DNA of 64,000 nt from an uncultured Gemmatimonadales bacterium (GCA_963842945.1 CAWJIM010000019.1:448001-512000), one strand, 5' to 3'. Shown: positions 20,239 to 31,680, counted from the stretch's first letter. Notes: generated from the letters alone by a model not told the origin. Program-made: numbers and translations.

Positions 20239-20652
20239 ATGCGGACCAGTCCATCGTTGTACAGCGTTGCCATCTTCGTCCACGATATCGGGCGGGCCAT
20301 CGAGTTCTACCGGGACAAGCTGCGGCTGCCGGTGACCAAGCAGGGCTCGTTCGGTGCTGAATTTCTCGAGGGTGAAACCCACATCGGCGTACACCCGGCC
20401 GTGCACCCGGAGGCCAAGTCTCTGGTCGGCAGGCACACCGGCATAACCCTCTTCGTTCCCGGACTGTTGCATTACTGCGGCGAGCTGCACGACCGCGGCG
20501 TTCGCTTCACCAGCGAGCCGACGCAGCAATCCTGGGGCGTTATGGCAATGGTGGCGGATCCGGATGGGAATGTGCTCGCCCTCTGGGAGGACAAGCTGCC
20601 GGAAGAGGAGGAGGCGTATCACTCGATGGATCAGGCGGACGGCATCGCCTGA
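20239..20652 (+). CDS. VOC/glyoxalase family protein
   Basis: VHDIGRAIEFYRDKL, QSWG...ADPDGN. Confidence 0.9.
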   Translation: MRTSPSLYSVAIFVHDIGRAIEFYRDKLRLPVTKQGSFGAEFLEGETHIGVHPAVHPEAKSLVGRHTGITLFVPGLLHYCGELHDRGVRFTSEPTQQSWGVMAMVADPDGNVLALWEDKLPEEEEAYHSMDQADGIA

Positions 20653-21135
20653 TCGCCGCTATGCCGTTGGCCGGGCCGGAACGGTGAGATGGCCAGGGCG
20701 CCGGGGTGGCCGCGAAAGCAGTCCTCCACGATCTGCCCCTGCTGCTCCATTCCGTACGCGCTGAAAGGCTTCCCCGGCTCCAGCGTGTAGTGATATGGAC
20801 TGGAGCCGAGGCGGCCCTTTCTGATAGAGCAAGTCTCTGAGCTGGGCCACGAATCCCCGTCCGAAGTAGCGCCAGAACCCCCAAGCCTGAAACTGGGCGC
20901 AATGCGTGAGCTCGTGCGCCAGGACCGGCAGATGTTCCTCGCAGTGATCTGGAAGGAAAACCCGGTTGCCCAGCGCCACGGCTCGATTCCGGCTGAGCCG
21001 CAACACCGCCGTGCGAAGGCGGCGGGACCAACCAGTCGCATCGGACCGGTAGAGGCGGACGCGCCGATGATCGAGCAGGGAGCTCAGCGTTCCCAGGGCT
21101 AGCCGCTCGGAAGAAGTGAGGCGCGCCGCCGGCAC
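20631..21135 (-). CDS. DUF4157-like HExxH putative metallopeptidase; frameshift near 20825
   Basis: AVALGNRVF, LAHELTHCAQFQ; the C-terminus YGMEQQGQIVED lies in the adjacent frame. Confidence 0.7.
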
Positions 21136-21138
21136 CGC

Positions 21139-22297
21139 CTATCTCCCCAGGAATTCGCCGATTGGCGCGAGCGCCTCGATGTGATCGCAGAAGATCTTGA
21201 ACGTCGCAATGAGGGGCACAGCAATAAAGGCTCCGGGAACTCCCCAGATCCACCACCAGAACACTAGTCCCACGAAGATGGCAACCGGATTCAGCGTGAG
21301 CCGCCGGCCGAGAATGAGTGGCGCGATCAGTTGTGACTGGAGGATGTTGACCCCGAGGTAGGCCACGGGGACGAGCAGTGCATGCCCGACCTCCTGGAAG
21401 GTAACCAGCCCCGCCAGCGTCAACAGCGTCACCACCGCCGATGCGCCCAGATAGGGGATGAACTCCGCGAGAGCAGCCAGCACGCCCCAGAGCACGGGGT
21501 TAGGCATCTTGAGCAGGAACATGACGATGGCGACGGCCAGACCGAGCGCGAGGTTGACCAGCGTCACCGTCACGAGATAGGTGGAGATCGAGGCTTCGGT
21601 CTCCCGGGCAATCGCCACGGCCTTCTTCTTGTCGCGAAGCTGGGGCAGAACCTTGATCAGCTTCTGCAGAAACAGGTCGCCGGCTGCGAGCAGAAAGTAG
21701 AGGAGGATGATCACCTCGAACGCGCTGGCGACGAGCGTTTGAGTGGTGCCGAACAGTCGTTCGGTCAGCGACGGACCCTTCAGCACCACTTCCTGCGTCT
21801 TGGTTCCGTTGTCCACTTTCGTGGCCTGCTCGACCTGCTCCGCGGTCTTACTGACTTGTTCTACCGGCGTTCGCAGCTTTCGGAGTCGATTCTCCGCTTC
21901 CCGCATGCTGGCCGGCAGCTTGGCCACCCACTCCCTTGGCGGGCCCCACCAGTCCGTAGACCGCAACGCCTCCGGTTCCCAGCAATCCCACAATCACCAG
22001 GGCGGCCCCCAGAGGTTCGGGAACCCGGGCGCGCTTGAGTGCGCGGATCAATGGGCTCAGAAGAAAGTCGAGCAGGACGGCGAGAACGATGGGGAGAAAG
22101 AAGGCGCGAGCAAAATAGAGCGTATACAAAGCAGCAAGGACGAACAGACCGGTGATCGAGATCGAGCGGACTTCCACCCGCTCGCGCAGGGCTTCGCCCA
22201 GCTTGTTGATATCCGGTTGGTCGACTGCCGCACCAGCGTCAGGATCGGGGACAGGCCCCGGTACATCGGGCTCGAATGGAGATGTGCCTTGGGTCAC
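21139..22297 (-). CDS. AI-2E family transporter; frameshift near 21945
   Basis: FLPIVLAVLLDFLLSP, EFIPYLGA, LNPVAIF...WGVPGAFIAVP. Confidence 0.9.
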
Positions 22298-22383
22298 CCT
22301 TGTCCCTCCGTCCGGCCCAGCAGTAGGTTAGCGCCCATCACCCGGGTAGCAGCCTTGCCCTCTTCTGAACGGAATTGAGCCGT

Positions 22384-23135
22384 ATGTCTCGCCTCTGGCA
22401 ATCGATCCTCTCGCTCTGGGCCTGGCTCGTGTTGGTACTATGCATTCTGATCTGGTTCCCGGTAATGCTCATTCTGCTGCTGGTGACCGGAGCATTCGAT
22501 CGAGGTCGCTATATCGTCGGATACGTCTTTCGCCGCATTGGGCCGGTGACGGCCACGCTGAACCCGCTCTGGCAGCTTTCGCTACTCGGGAACGATGCCC
22601 AAGAATCCGCGGCATCCCTACGTGGTTGTCTCGAATCATGAATCGTTCGCCGACATCCTCCTGGTCAGCCACCTGCCCTGGGAAATGAAATGGCTCTCCA
22701 AGGCCGAGCTCTTTCGAATTCCCGATAATGGGATGGATGATGTGGCTGGCCGGAGACATTCCGGTAAAGCGCGGCTTCGGTCCCAGTGCGGTCGAGGCCA
22801 TGGAGCGCTGCCGTAAGGTGCTCCGGCAAAAGGTCTCTGTGATGATCTTCCCGGAGGGGACCCGCTCCAAGACCACCGAGCTGCTTCCGTTCAAGGATGG
22901 TGCTTTCCGTCTTGCGGTCGAGGCCGGGGTTCCCATTCTGCCTCTCGCGCTCAGCGGGACGGGTACGGCGCTTCCCAAGCATGGCTGGCGCTTCGGGCGA
23001 TCGGCAGCGCACCTGCGGGTACTGGAGCCGGTGGAAACGGCCGGCCTCACCCTGGCCGATGTGCCCTCATTGAAGGCGCGAGTTCGAGATCTGATTGTTC
23101 AGGCCAGAGACTCGCTGGCTGCCGAGATGCGCTAG
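22384..23135 (+). CDS. Lysophospholipid acyltransferase (PlsC family); two frameshifts
   Basis: NHESFAD and IFPEGTRS motifs over three consecutive frames. Confidence 0.88.
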
Positions 23136-24043
23136 GCCCTCCCCAAATCTCCCGGCGCTCGAACTCGGCCAACCGCCCCTGCCAACGCCAACAGTGTGAG
23201 CAGGTAGGGCAGCATTAAGAAGAGCTGGTATGGCGCCTGAACACCCAATGCTTGAAAGATGAACTGCAACGCCGTCGCCAGCCCAAACAGCAGGGCTGCC
23301 AGGGCAACTCCCCCCGGGTGCCAGCGACCCAGCACCACGATGGCGATTGCCAGGAAGCCTCTCCCGGCAGTCATGCGCTCCGCGAACGTGCCCACCTGGG
23401 CCAGGACGAGTGTCGCGCCACCGAGACCAACGAAAGCACCGCCGATGACCGTGGCTGCGGAGCGGATCAGCGTGGTCCGTACTCCCATGGCTCGGGCCAT
23501 GGCCGCCGCTTCGCCGGTGGCGCGCAACGCGAGCCCCACTCGTGTCCGGAAGAGCACCCACCAGACCAGCGGCAGCGCTGCAAAGACGAGGTATGTCGGG
23601 ATGGGCTGCTGGAAGAAACCCGGTCCCAGCACGGGGATCCGGGACAGACCGGGTATCGGTAGGTCCGAAAATGTAGGTATGCTGAGACCCACACCCTGAA
23701 TGCCGTACGCCTGGCGGTAGATGGTGCCGGTGAGGCCAACCATGGCCAGCGTAACCGCGGTGCCGGTGATGACCTGATCTGCCCGGGCACCAATTGCGAG
23801 CAGGGCAAAGACACCAGCCGCAAGCATCCCAGCGAGAGCCGCCATTCCCAGACCACCCCACGGTCCCCACGTCGTTGCCCCAAGGGCGGCAGCCAGAGCG
23901 CCGGCCAGCATGATTCCCTCGATCCCCAGATTGATCACGCCTGAGCGCTCGGTGATGGTCTCGCCGGTGGCAGCGAACAGGAGGGGCGTGGCCACCCGAA
24001 CCGCCGCAGCGAGAAATCCGCCAGCGAGCACCAATGGGTCCAT
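23132..24043 (-). CDS. BMP/nucleoside-type ABC transporter permease
   Basis: ERSGVINLGIEG, GLALRATGE, GRGFLAIA. Confidence 0.92.
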   Translation of the reverse strand: MDPLVLAGGFLAAAVRVATPLLFAATGETITERSGVINLGIEGIMLAGALAAALGATTWGPWGGLGMAALAGMLAAGVFALLAIGARADQVITGTAVTLAMVGLTGTIYRQAYGIQGVGLSIPTFSDLPIPGLSRIPVLGPGFFQQPIPTYLVFAALPLVWWVLFRTRVGLALRATGEAAAMARAMGVRTTLIRSAATVIGGAFVGLGGATLVLAQVGTFAERMTAGRGFLAIAIVVLGRWHPGGVALAALLFGLATALQFIFQALGVQAPYQLFLMLPYLLTLLALAGAVGRVRAPGDLGRA

Positions 24044-25098
24044 CAGCTCGCCTTGCGCATTGCCGGACGAATTCTTCGAATGACTCGCGCGTTCATCCAG
24101 CCGCCTTTTGGCGTGGTCGCGAGCAGGGCGACGACGATAATCGCGGCCTCGACCACAAAAACCGCAACGGCCGGGATCCCAGCGTCGCGCTGCATGGCTC
24201 CCGCACCCGCTTCCAAGGCGCCGATCAGCACTCCGCTGAGCACCACACCGGCCGGGTCGAGTCCTCCCAGCAAAGCCACGGCAATTCCAGTAAAGCCGTA
24301 TCCTGGCGACAGGTTCTGAAACAGGGCGTACGACACTCCGCTTATTTCCACGCCCCCAGCCAGCCCGGCCAGAGCTCCGGAGCACAACAGTGCCATGGCT
24401 CCGACTCTTTGTGGATCGACTCGGCCGCTGATCTCCGCAGCGCGCGGCCCCGCGCCCACCGCCCGAAGCCGGAATCCCCAGAGAGTAAAATGAAAGAGGT
24501 ACCAGAGCACGAGGCCGACGAGCAGAGCCAGGAAGAAGCCGGCGTGAAGTCGGCTGTCTCCCAGCAGGGGTAGGCGTGCCGGATCCGGAATGGCGTCGCT
24601 CTGGGGGTACACCCGGCTGTGCTCCTGCAGTGGGCCTTGCACCAACAGGCTGACCAGGGATTCGGCCACGAAATTCAGCAGCAGGGTACTGATGACCTCA
24701 ATCACGCCAAACCGAAGCTTGAGCCAGACCGGAATGGCTATCCATGCAGCGCCTGCTATGGCAGACCCCACCAACAGCAGTGGGATGCCCAGAGCCGAAG
24801 GTACCCGGGCCAGGTGCAGCCCGATCCAGGTCGCCGCTATGGCGCCGGCATAGAATTGTCCCTCACCACCGATGTTGAAGGACCCACCGCGGAACGCGAT
24901 CGCGATTCCCAACCCGATCAGAATCAGCGGAACGGCTCGGACCAGGGTAGCCGAGGTGAATGCATACCAGGAGCCGAAAGCGCCACTGAACAGGGCGGCG
25001 AGCGCTATGCCGGGATCGTATCCAGCCAGGTACAGACCTGTCGCCAGAAGGCTCAGTCCGATCAACACAGCGGCCAGTGCCCACCACAGCCGATTCAC
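24043..25098 (-). CDS. BMP/nucleoside-type ABC transporter permease
   Basis: FNIGGEGQ, EVISTLLLN, GYGFTGIAVALL. Confidence 0.92.
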   Translation of the reverse strand: MNRLWWALAAVLIGLSLLATGLYLAGYDPGIALAALFSGAFGSWYAFTSATLVRAVPLILIGLGIAIAFRGGSFNIGGEGQFYAGAIAATWIGLHLARVPSALGIPLLLVGSAIAGAAWIAIPVWLKLRFGVIEVISTLLLNFVAESLVSLLVQGPLQEHSRVYPQSDAIPDPARLPLLGDSRLHAGFFLALLVGLVLWYLFHFTLWGFRLRAVGAGPRAAEISGRVDPQRVGAMALLCSGALAGLAGGVEISGVSYALFQNLSPGYGFTGIAVALLGGLDPAGVVLSGVLIGALEAGAGAMQRDAGIPAVAVFVVEAAIIVVALLATTPKGGWMNARVIRRIRPAMRKAS

Positions 25099-26564
25099 CT
25101 CGCAGGCTCCTGCAGCATCATGCGGCCGATCTCATCCCGTGTAGCCGTCGCCGGAGCCTCCGACAGCACCCCGCGACAGACGACGATCGTTCGATGAGAT
25201 AGCTGCAACACTTCATCCAGGTCGCTGGAGTACACCAGAACGGCTGCTCCGGCTTCAGCTGCTGCGCTGATTCGGGAGCGGATTGCGGCCGCAGCACCGA
25301 TGTCCAGACCCCGGGTTGGATTCTCGGCTACCAGAACTGCCGGATTGCGCGAAAGCTCTCGAGCCACGATGAGCTTCTGCTGATTGCCACCGCTCAGGGA
25401 TCCCGCACGCGCAGCAGGCCCATCAGCGACGATTCCATACTGCTGCAGCAGCTCCGCTGTCCGAACCCGCGCTGCCCGCCAATTGAGGTACCCTGGTCGG
25501 ATCCAAGGGGCCTCGTGGTCCAGGCCAAGCGTGACATTCTGGGTAAGACTCAGCTCTGGAATCAGACCCTCTGAAGTACGGTCTTCCGGGATGAAGCCGA
25601 TCGGTCCGGCTACTTCCAGTCTTCCCCGCAACGGAAGGATTCGGCCCGCGATGGCCCGCAGCAGCTCGCGTTGTCCGTTCCCCTCCACCGCAGCGATTCC
25701 GACGATCTCGCCTCCCTGAATCCTCAGCGATCCGTGCCGAACTGCTATACCGTAGCCGCTCTCTCGGGAAACCTCGAGCGCCTCCATCCGGACCAGAACA
25801 GGGGCTGCGCCGGCAGCTGGTCGCGATCTCGACCTGGCCGGTTCAGCAGTGTCCGGCGCCGATCCGATCATTGCGCGGGCCAGCGAGCTCGCTGTCTCGT
25901 CGATGACAGTTCCGGAGTGCGTCACGGCGCCCTGACGCAGCACCGTCACTCGATCCGCTACTCGGAGCGCCTCGTCCAATTTGTGGGTGATCAGGACGGC
26001 AGACCCGCCGGCCTCAGCGAATCTCCGCACCACCTGGAGTAACTCATCTGCCTCTGGTGGCGCCAACACCGCGGTGGGCTCATCCAGCAGCAGAATCCTC
26101 GCATCGACCGCGAGAGCTTTGACGATCTCCAGCCGTTGTTTCAATGCCACCGGAAGACGGCCGGCTCGCTGGTCAGCGTCGAGAGGCAGGCCCAGTTTCT
26201 CGCTCAGAGCCTCAGCCTTCCGGCAGAGATGCCGAGGATGGCCGGCCCAACCCGCGGCAAGGGCAATGTTCTCGGCCACCGTCAAAGCCGGGATCGAGGT
26301 AAAGTGCTGATGCACCATGCCCAAGCCAAGATTTCGTGCCTGTCGGGGAGACCAGATGGTCCGATCGCTGCCATTGAGTCGCACCGATCCCGCGTCGGGC
26401 AACACCATGCCGTAGGCGACATGCATCAGCGTGGATTTGCCTGCTCCATTCTCACCCAGCAGCGCGTGCACCTCACCGGAGCCCAGAGTAAAATCGGCTC
26501 CGCGGAGTGCCTCCACGGAGCCGAATCGCTTTCGAATCCCCACGAGCTCGAGAAGGGGAGGCAC
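25095..26564 (-). CDS. ABC transporter ATP-binding protein (tandem domain, CUT2 type)
   Basis: GENGAGKS, LLLDEPT, LSGGNQQK, NPTRGLD. Confidence 0.93.
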   Translation of the reverse strand: MPPLLELVGIRKRFGSVEALRGADFTLGSGEVHALLGENGAGKSTLMHVAYGMVLPDAGSVRLNGSDRTIWSPRQARNLGLGMVHQHFTSIPALTVAENIALAAGWAGHPRHLCRKAEALSEKLGLPLDADQRAGRLPVALKQRLEIVKALAVDARILLLDEPTAVLAPPEADELLQVVRRFAEAGGSAVLITHKLDEALRVADRVTVLRQGAVTHSGTVIDETASSLARAMIGSAPDTAEPARSRSRPAAGAAPVLVRMEALEVSRESGYGIAVRHGSLRIQGGEIVGIAAVEGNGQRELLRAIAGRILPLRGRLEVAGPIGFIPEDRTSEGLIPELSLTQNVTLGLDHEAPWIRPGYLNWRAARVRTAELLQQYGIVADGPAARAGSLSGGNQQKLIVARELSRNPAVLVAENPTRGLDIGAAAAIRSRISAAAEAGAAVLVYSSDLDEVLQLSHRTIVVCRGVLSEAPATATRDEIGRMMLQEPAR

Positions 26565-26568
26565 TGGA

Positions 26569-27366
26569 TCAGAGACCGGTAGGGTGATCGTGGAACTCCC
26601 AGTCGACATCGAACAGCTCGCCCAAGTGGGACGCCATCGCCTGAACACCCAGTGTTTCGGTTGCGTAGTGTCCGGCGTAGATCAGATTCAGGCCCCACTC
26701 CATGGCATCGAAGTAGGTGTGGTGTGGGCCTTCGCCGGTAATGAATGTGTCGATGCCGGCATCACGCGCCTGCGCAAGCATGTTTCCGGCGCCTCCGGTG
26801 ATAATGCCCACTCGCGCCGGCTTCTCCGGCCCTCCCGGAATCAGCGTGGCGCTCCCTTTCAGGGTATGAAGCACGCGGTCAAGCTCGAGGGCCAGCGCTT
26901 CTCTCGTGGGAAGACCGCTCGGCACTTCTCCCCAGACTCCCATAAGGATGCCGCGATAGTTGCCGAACCACCCCTCCACGCGTATGCCGAGCCGCTCAGC
27001 CAGTACTGCATTGTTGCCCACCTCCGGATGGACATCCAAGGGTATGTGAGCTGCGTAGAGTGGAATGTCGTGGGCCAGCAGAGTGGACAGCCGCCGATAG
27101 CGCCGTCCAGTGATCGGAATGTTGCCGTCCCAGAAAAGTCCGTGGTGCACCAGGAGCAGCGCCGGGGGCTTCCGGGGCTCGAGTGACGCAACGACTCCCT
27201 CAATCGTAGCAAGGGAAGCATCTACTGCGGCAACGATCCGCCCTATGTGGCCGCTATTCTCCACCTGGAGCCCATTCACCGCATTGACTTCGTCGGGGAT
27301 GTCTTTGATCCGAAGAAACTGATCGAGATAGCCGGAAACTCTGGCGAGTTGCTGCGCTTGAGTCAT
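26569..27366 (-). CDS. Nif3-like dinuclear metal center protein
   Basis: NGLQV, VHHGLFW, HIPLDVH, FITGE, AGHYATE. Confidence 0.93.
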   Translation of the reverse strand: MTQAQQLARVSGYLDQFLRIKDIPDEVNAVNGLQVENSGHIGRIVAAVDASLATIEGVVASLEPRKPPALLLVHHGLFWDGNIPITGRRYRRLSTLLAHDIPLYAAHIPLDVHPEVGNNAVLAERLGIRVEGWFGNYRGILMGVWGEVPSGLPTREALALELDRVLHTLKGSATLIPGGPEKPARVGIITGGAGNMLAQARDAGIDTFITGEGPHHTYFDAMEWGLNLIYAGHYATETLGVQAMASHLGELFDVDWEFHDHPTGL

Positions 27367-28385
27367 GCGCCGATTCGGCCCAACGACTTCTGAGGGGTGT
27401 GCCGGTCGGTGGCCTCCATGCTTGTGGGCCGGGGTGCCGCAAGCAGAGTTCCGGAGGAGATCGAGTCTGCCGCCGCGGTCACTCGAGCCTGGAGGCCGGC
27501 CGGAACGATACTGTCCAATCGAGGGTCGGGCACGTAGCTCACAACGCCGCTCTTGAGGCCGAAAGCCTCCACGTGTGCCTTGAAGTTGCCCTGCTTCACC
27601 TCGTTTGCGATCAGCAGGAACGCTCGGGGCAGATCGATAATTGCACTCCCGAGGACGTGGCCGGGAGCGAGCCCGGCTTGGTCGGTGTTCGCCCCGAAAA
27701 CGTACACGCCGGGGCGGTCCTTGACCGCTTGGAATAGCCCCAGAGCTGCAGCGTCCGCGTTGTGGTGGAACATGTCCGCACCCGCACCTATCAGGGCCAG
27801 TGCCGCCTCTCGGCCCGCGGCAACGTCATCGAAGCTATTCAGGTATACCAGTCGGGATCGGATTTTGGGGTTCACCGACCGAGCCCCGTTGAGCCAGCCT
27901 TGGTAGGCTGCTTCGATCGGGGGGAGCTGGATCCCGCCCACAAAACCCAGCGTGCCGGTCTTGCTCATCCCAGCCGCCACCATGCCCGCCAGGTAGCTGG
28001 CCTCTTCCAATCGAAATATCAGGGGAGAGACGTTGAGTCTGGCTCTTCGCCCGGAGGTCACCACAAAAACGGTACGAGGATAGGAGGCAGAGGCTCGCTC
28101 GGCGAGATCCTGGAACTCAAAACCATGAGCAAACACCAGGTCGTACCCCTGGGCCGCGTAGCTGCGAAGCGCCTCGCTCTGCTCCGCCGGGGAACGAGCC
28201 TCGATGTGACTGATCCGCGCCCCGAGCGAATCACCAATCCGCTGCAGTCCCGCATAGGCACCGGAGTTCCAGGCTGCATCAGTCACCGAGCCAGGCGTGA
28301 CCAGCCCGACCCGCAACCCGCCGGCCTGATCGCGGGAGCAGGAGGCCAACATTATGGCGACAGCATAGCAGCAGAGCCTGGCCAT
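27363..28385 (-). CDS. BMP family ABC substrate-binding lipoprotein
   Basis: Lipobox LASC, DAAWN, HGFEF, SYLAGMVAA, GFVGG. Confidence 0.92.
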   Translation of the reverse strand: MARLCCYAVAIMLASCSRDQAGGLRVGLVTPGSVTDAAWNSGAYAGLQRIGDSLGARISHIEARSPAEQSEALRSYAAQGYDLVFAHGFEFQDLAERASASYPRTVFVVTSGRRARLNVSPLIFRLEEASYLAGMVAAGMSKTGTLGFVGGIQLPPIEAAYQGWLNGARSVNPKIRSRLVYLNSFDDVAAGREAALALIGAGADMFHHNADAAALGLFQAVKDRPGVYVFGANTDQAGLAPGHVLGSAIIDLPRAFLLIANEVKQGNFKAHVEAFGLKSGVVSYVPDPRLDSIVPAGLQARVTAAADSISSGTLLAAPRPTSMEATDRHTPQKSLGRIGA

Positions 28386-28483
28386 TCCAATTTTTCGGAG
28401 GGCAGGTGCGCGGAATTGCACCCGAGAGCGGGCGGAAGTGACCCTCAAGATTTTACTATCCACACACTTAGGTGAATTTTCAA

Positions 28484-28903
28484 CTATTTGTGGGAAGTCC
28501 CGACGACGTGTCCCTCGGTTTTGGAGTCCATTTTCACTTCGCCACTGACTCTGGCGCCTTCTATTATAGAAATGCGAGGCGTCAGAATGTCGCCGGCGAC
28601 CATGGCGCTGGCCTGAAGCTCCACGCGCTCCCGGGCATGAATGGCTCCGCTCACCTGACCCGCTATCACGGCCTCCTGGGTGTGCAGGTCTCCCTCGATC
28701 ACAGCCCCTGAGGCAACCAGCACCTGAGACCCTACCCTGACCGTTCCCTTGACCCGTCCCTCGATGCGCACGACCCCGTCTGTCTCAAGGTCGCCAATAA
28801 CTGTCATGTCGCTGGCGATTATTGAGAAGGGTATTTGATCGGTTTTACGGCGTCTGAGCTCGTTGCCCTGATCATCCCGTGGCGGGCTGGAGAAGATGCC
28901 CAT
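28484..28903 (-). CDS. Bactofilin (polymer-forming cytoskeletal protein)
   Basis: Beta-helix repeats VIGDL..RIEGRVKG..VIEGDL..IAGQVSG..VAGDI. Confidence 0.93.
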   Translation of the reverse strand: MGIFSSPPRDDQGNELRRRKTDQIPFSIIASDMTVIGDLETDGVVRIEGRVKGTVRVGSQVLVASGAVIEGDLHTQEAVIAGQVSGAIHARERVELQASAMVAGDILTPRISIIEGARVSGEVKMDSKTEGHVVGTSHK

Positions 28904-29700
28904 CAGCTTCCCTCCTTTACCATCGTCAGGGGGTTCAGGGATACCCCGTGTTGCCTGATTTCAAAGTGAAGGTGAGGAGCGGTCGAGCGCCCGCTGTTTC
29001 CGCTCAGGCCAATTACCTCCCCGGGTGCGACTGTAGCTCCCACTGTCACTATTATGCGCGAGAGGTGGCCGTACATAGTCTGGTATTCCTCAGGATGATT
29101 CAATAACACAAAGAATCCGTACTCCGGATCCTGTCCGGTCTCACGAACAGTGGCACCGCCCGACGCCCGAACCAGGCTTCCAACCGCAACTGCTATGTCG
29201 ATGCCGGGATGTGCCTCATTCCGTCCGCTTGCCTTCACCTGTCCCCGAGTGATGTAGCCCGATTCATCCAGGGGCCAGTGCCGAGGAGCAGTGGGGCCAG
29301 CAGCAAGGTCAACGGTAGATGCGAGTCGAGCTCTGATCGGTGGTGCAACCGGTAACTGTGAGGCCTTGGTTACCGGATCTCGAACAATCTCGCCACCCAT
29401 CATCTGCCGGACCTGCGCGTAACGTGACTCGGCGCTGTCCAAGGCCTCGGAAAGCTCGCGTACCCTGGTATTCTCGGCACGAAGCCTTGCCAACTCGCGC
29501 TCCAAGCCGGGCACCCGCGCCGCCGCTCCGGCCAGCGGTCCATAGAGCGCCGCCACCAATAGGAAGAGAAGGGCAATCAGTCCTAGAGCCCACGAGCCAA
29601 GTCGCAGACCCCAGATGGGGATTCGGTAGGTCCGAGTTTTGGTGGTGCCATCCCGCTGGACTACTATGGTGACCGCACGCGAGCGCTTCCGCTTCTTCAT
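28903..29700 (-). CDS. M23 family peptidase with TM and coiled coil
   Basis: HPGIDIA, YGHL, GNSGRSTAPHLHFEI. Confidence 0.93.
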   Translation of the reverse strand: MKKRKRSRAVTIVVQRDGTTKTRTYRIPIWGLRLGSWALGLIALLFLLVAALYGPLAGAAARVPGLERELARLRAENTRVRELSEALDSAESRYAQVRQMMGGEIVRDPVTKASQLPVAPPIRARLASTVDLAAGPTAPRHWPLDESGYITRGQVKASGRNEAHPGIDIAVAVGSLVRASGGATVRETGQDPEYGFFVLLNHPEEYQTMYGHLSRIIVTVGATVAPGEVIGLSGNSGRSTAPHLHFEIRQHGVSLNPLTMVKEGS

Positions 29701-30590
29701 CCCGCGAACGGCTCACCCAGGATCAGCTCCAGCACCCGCGCCAAGTCATCGTTCGAGTAATAACTGATGCTGATGAATCCCCGCCCCTTTCGGCGCGTGG
29801 TCACCCGGACGTCGGTGCCCAGCCGTTTGCGGAGGGAGTCCTCAATGCGACGGACATCGGCATTTTGGGGCCTAGGTGGCGAATGCGGTCTTGATACTGT
29901 CGACTCGGTGTCCCCTGATTTACCCGTCTCCGGCCGCGCACGAGCCTCCAACTCTCGAACCGACCAACCCGACTCCGCGGCCTCTTGAGCCAGACGCACC
30001 AAGTTGGCCCGATCTTGCACGGTAAGGAGAGCTCGAGCATGCCCCTCCGTCAACTTGGCCTGATGGACCAGTTGCTTGACTTCATCGGGCAGTTTCAACA
30101 GCCGAAGCAGATTGGCAATGGTCGATCGGTCTCGCCCCACCAAACGGGCGATCTCGGCTTGGGGAAGCTGAAACTCCTCACTCAGGCGCTGATAGCCGGC
30201 GGCCTCGTCAATCGCACTCAGGTTGTCCCTTTGCAGATTTTCGATCAGCGCCAAGGTCAGGAGAGTCGGGTCGTCGACCTCCTTCACAACCGCAGGGATT
30301 TTGGGCCACCCGAGTCGCTGAACCGCGCGCCACCGCCGCTCTCCCGCGATAAGCTCGTATTTCCCATTGCGGGGGCGCACCACCACCGGCTGGAGAAGCC
30401 CAGACGCCTCGATAGATGCGGTCAACTCCACCAGCTCGGCTTCATTTATTTGGGTCCGAGGTTGGAAAGGGTTGGGCTGAACGCTGCCGACGGGTAACTC
30501 GCGAAGCGCCCCGGAAGCTTGAGCCTGCTCTCGGGATGCCGAACCGAGCAGAGCCTCGAGGCCACGGCCCAGTCTCTTGGTTTCAGTCAT
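29697..30590 (-). CDS. parB: Chromosome partitioning protein ParB
   Basis: [33 protein letters not shown]. Confidence 0.96.
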   Translation of the reverse strand: MTETKRLGRGLEALLGSASREQAQASGALRELPVGSVQPNPFQPRTQINEAELVELTASIEASGLLQPVVVRPRNGKYELIAGERRWRAVQRLGWPKIPAVVKEVDDPTLLTLALIENLQRDNLSAIDEAAGYQRLSEEFQLPQAEIARLVGRDRSTIANLLRLLKLPDEVKQLVHQAKLTEGHARALLTVQDRANLVRLAQEAAESGWSVRELEARARPETGKSGDTESTVSRPHSPPRPQNADVRRIEDSLRKRLGTDVRVTTRRKGRGFISISYYSNDDLARVLELILGEPFAG

Positions 30591-31526
30591 GAGTGGTCAC
30601 CTCGGGCATTTGGTCCGTTGCCTGGTCGGGAAGGTGGTGCACTGGTTCCGGCTCCGGTTCGCTGCTCATTTCGGTAGGAGGGCGGCTTTCGTCGGCTGGC
30701 TGTTCACCGAGTGATTGCGAGCTACTGGCGGCAAGTGGCTCGATGGTGGCGTCTGAGTGTTCTAGCCGACGCAACAACTCCTCGGCCACTGCTAGGTAGC
30801 TCTTCGCACCGACCGATTGCGCGTCGTACAGCAGGATCGGCTTGCCAAAACTGGGGGCCTCGGCCAGCCGGACATTCCTTGGGATAGGTGTGACAAATAC
30901 TTTGGCCCCAAAGTACTCCTTCGCGTCCTCGGCGACCTGACGACAGAGATTCAGACGGGCGTCGTACATGGTGAGAAGCACCCCGTTAATAGCCAGCCCA
31001 GGGTTGAAGTTTTGTTGCACTAACCTGACAGTGTTAAGAAGCTGCGATATCCCTTCCAGCCCGTAGTACTCACACTGAATCGGGATCACGACTCCGTTAG
31101 CCGCAGTCAGAACATTTAGAGTTAGCAGGCCAAGAGACGGGGGGCAGTCAACGATGATGTAATCGTAATCGCTCTTGTAGATCGTCCAGTGTCCGGCGAA
31201 GAATCGCTTCTCGCCCTTCACGTTCCACTAACTGCAGCTCTGCCCCAACTAGATCTTGCGTTGCCGGAAGGACATGAAAGAAAGGGGAGGGCGGAAATGG
31301 ACAGGACAGATGCTCCGGGCGCTTGCCCCTCGACCAAGGATTCATAAAGTGAGAGCTCGACAGTCTCCTTCGCGACACCCACCCCGCTGGTTGCATTTCC
31401 TTGGGGATCCGCATCGAGCAGAAGTGTCCGTCGTTGGGCGATAGCTAGCGCTGCGGCAAGATTCACGGCGGTTGTGGTCTTACCGACTCCGCCCTTTTGG
31501 TTTGCTATTGCTATGACCTGAGCCAT
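30583..31526 (-). CDS. parA: Chromosome partitioning ATPase ParA/Soj; two frameshifts (~31280, ~31180)
   Basis: [42 protein letters not shown]. Confidence 0.94.
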
Positions 31527-31680
31527 GTGTGCCGAAGCCTTGAATTGGGAAACAAACGTGGCTTCCGAACTTGAGATGGATTGCTATGCCAGGGGGGACC
31601 GCGGCAGCGGTCGCACGAATATAGGAGTTTGTACTTGGAGGGCAATCACCGAAACCTAAAGCCAGCGCTGAATGGCTATC

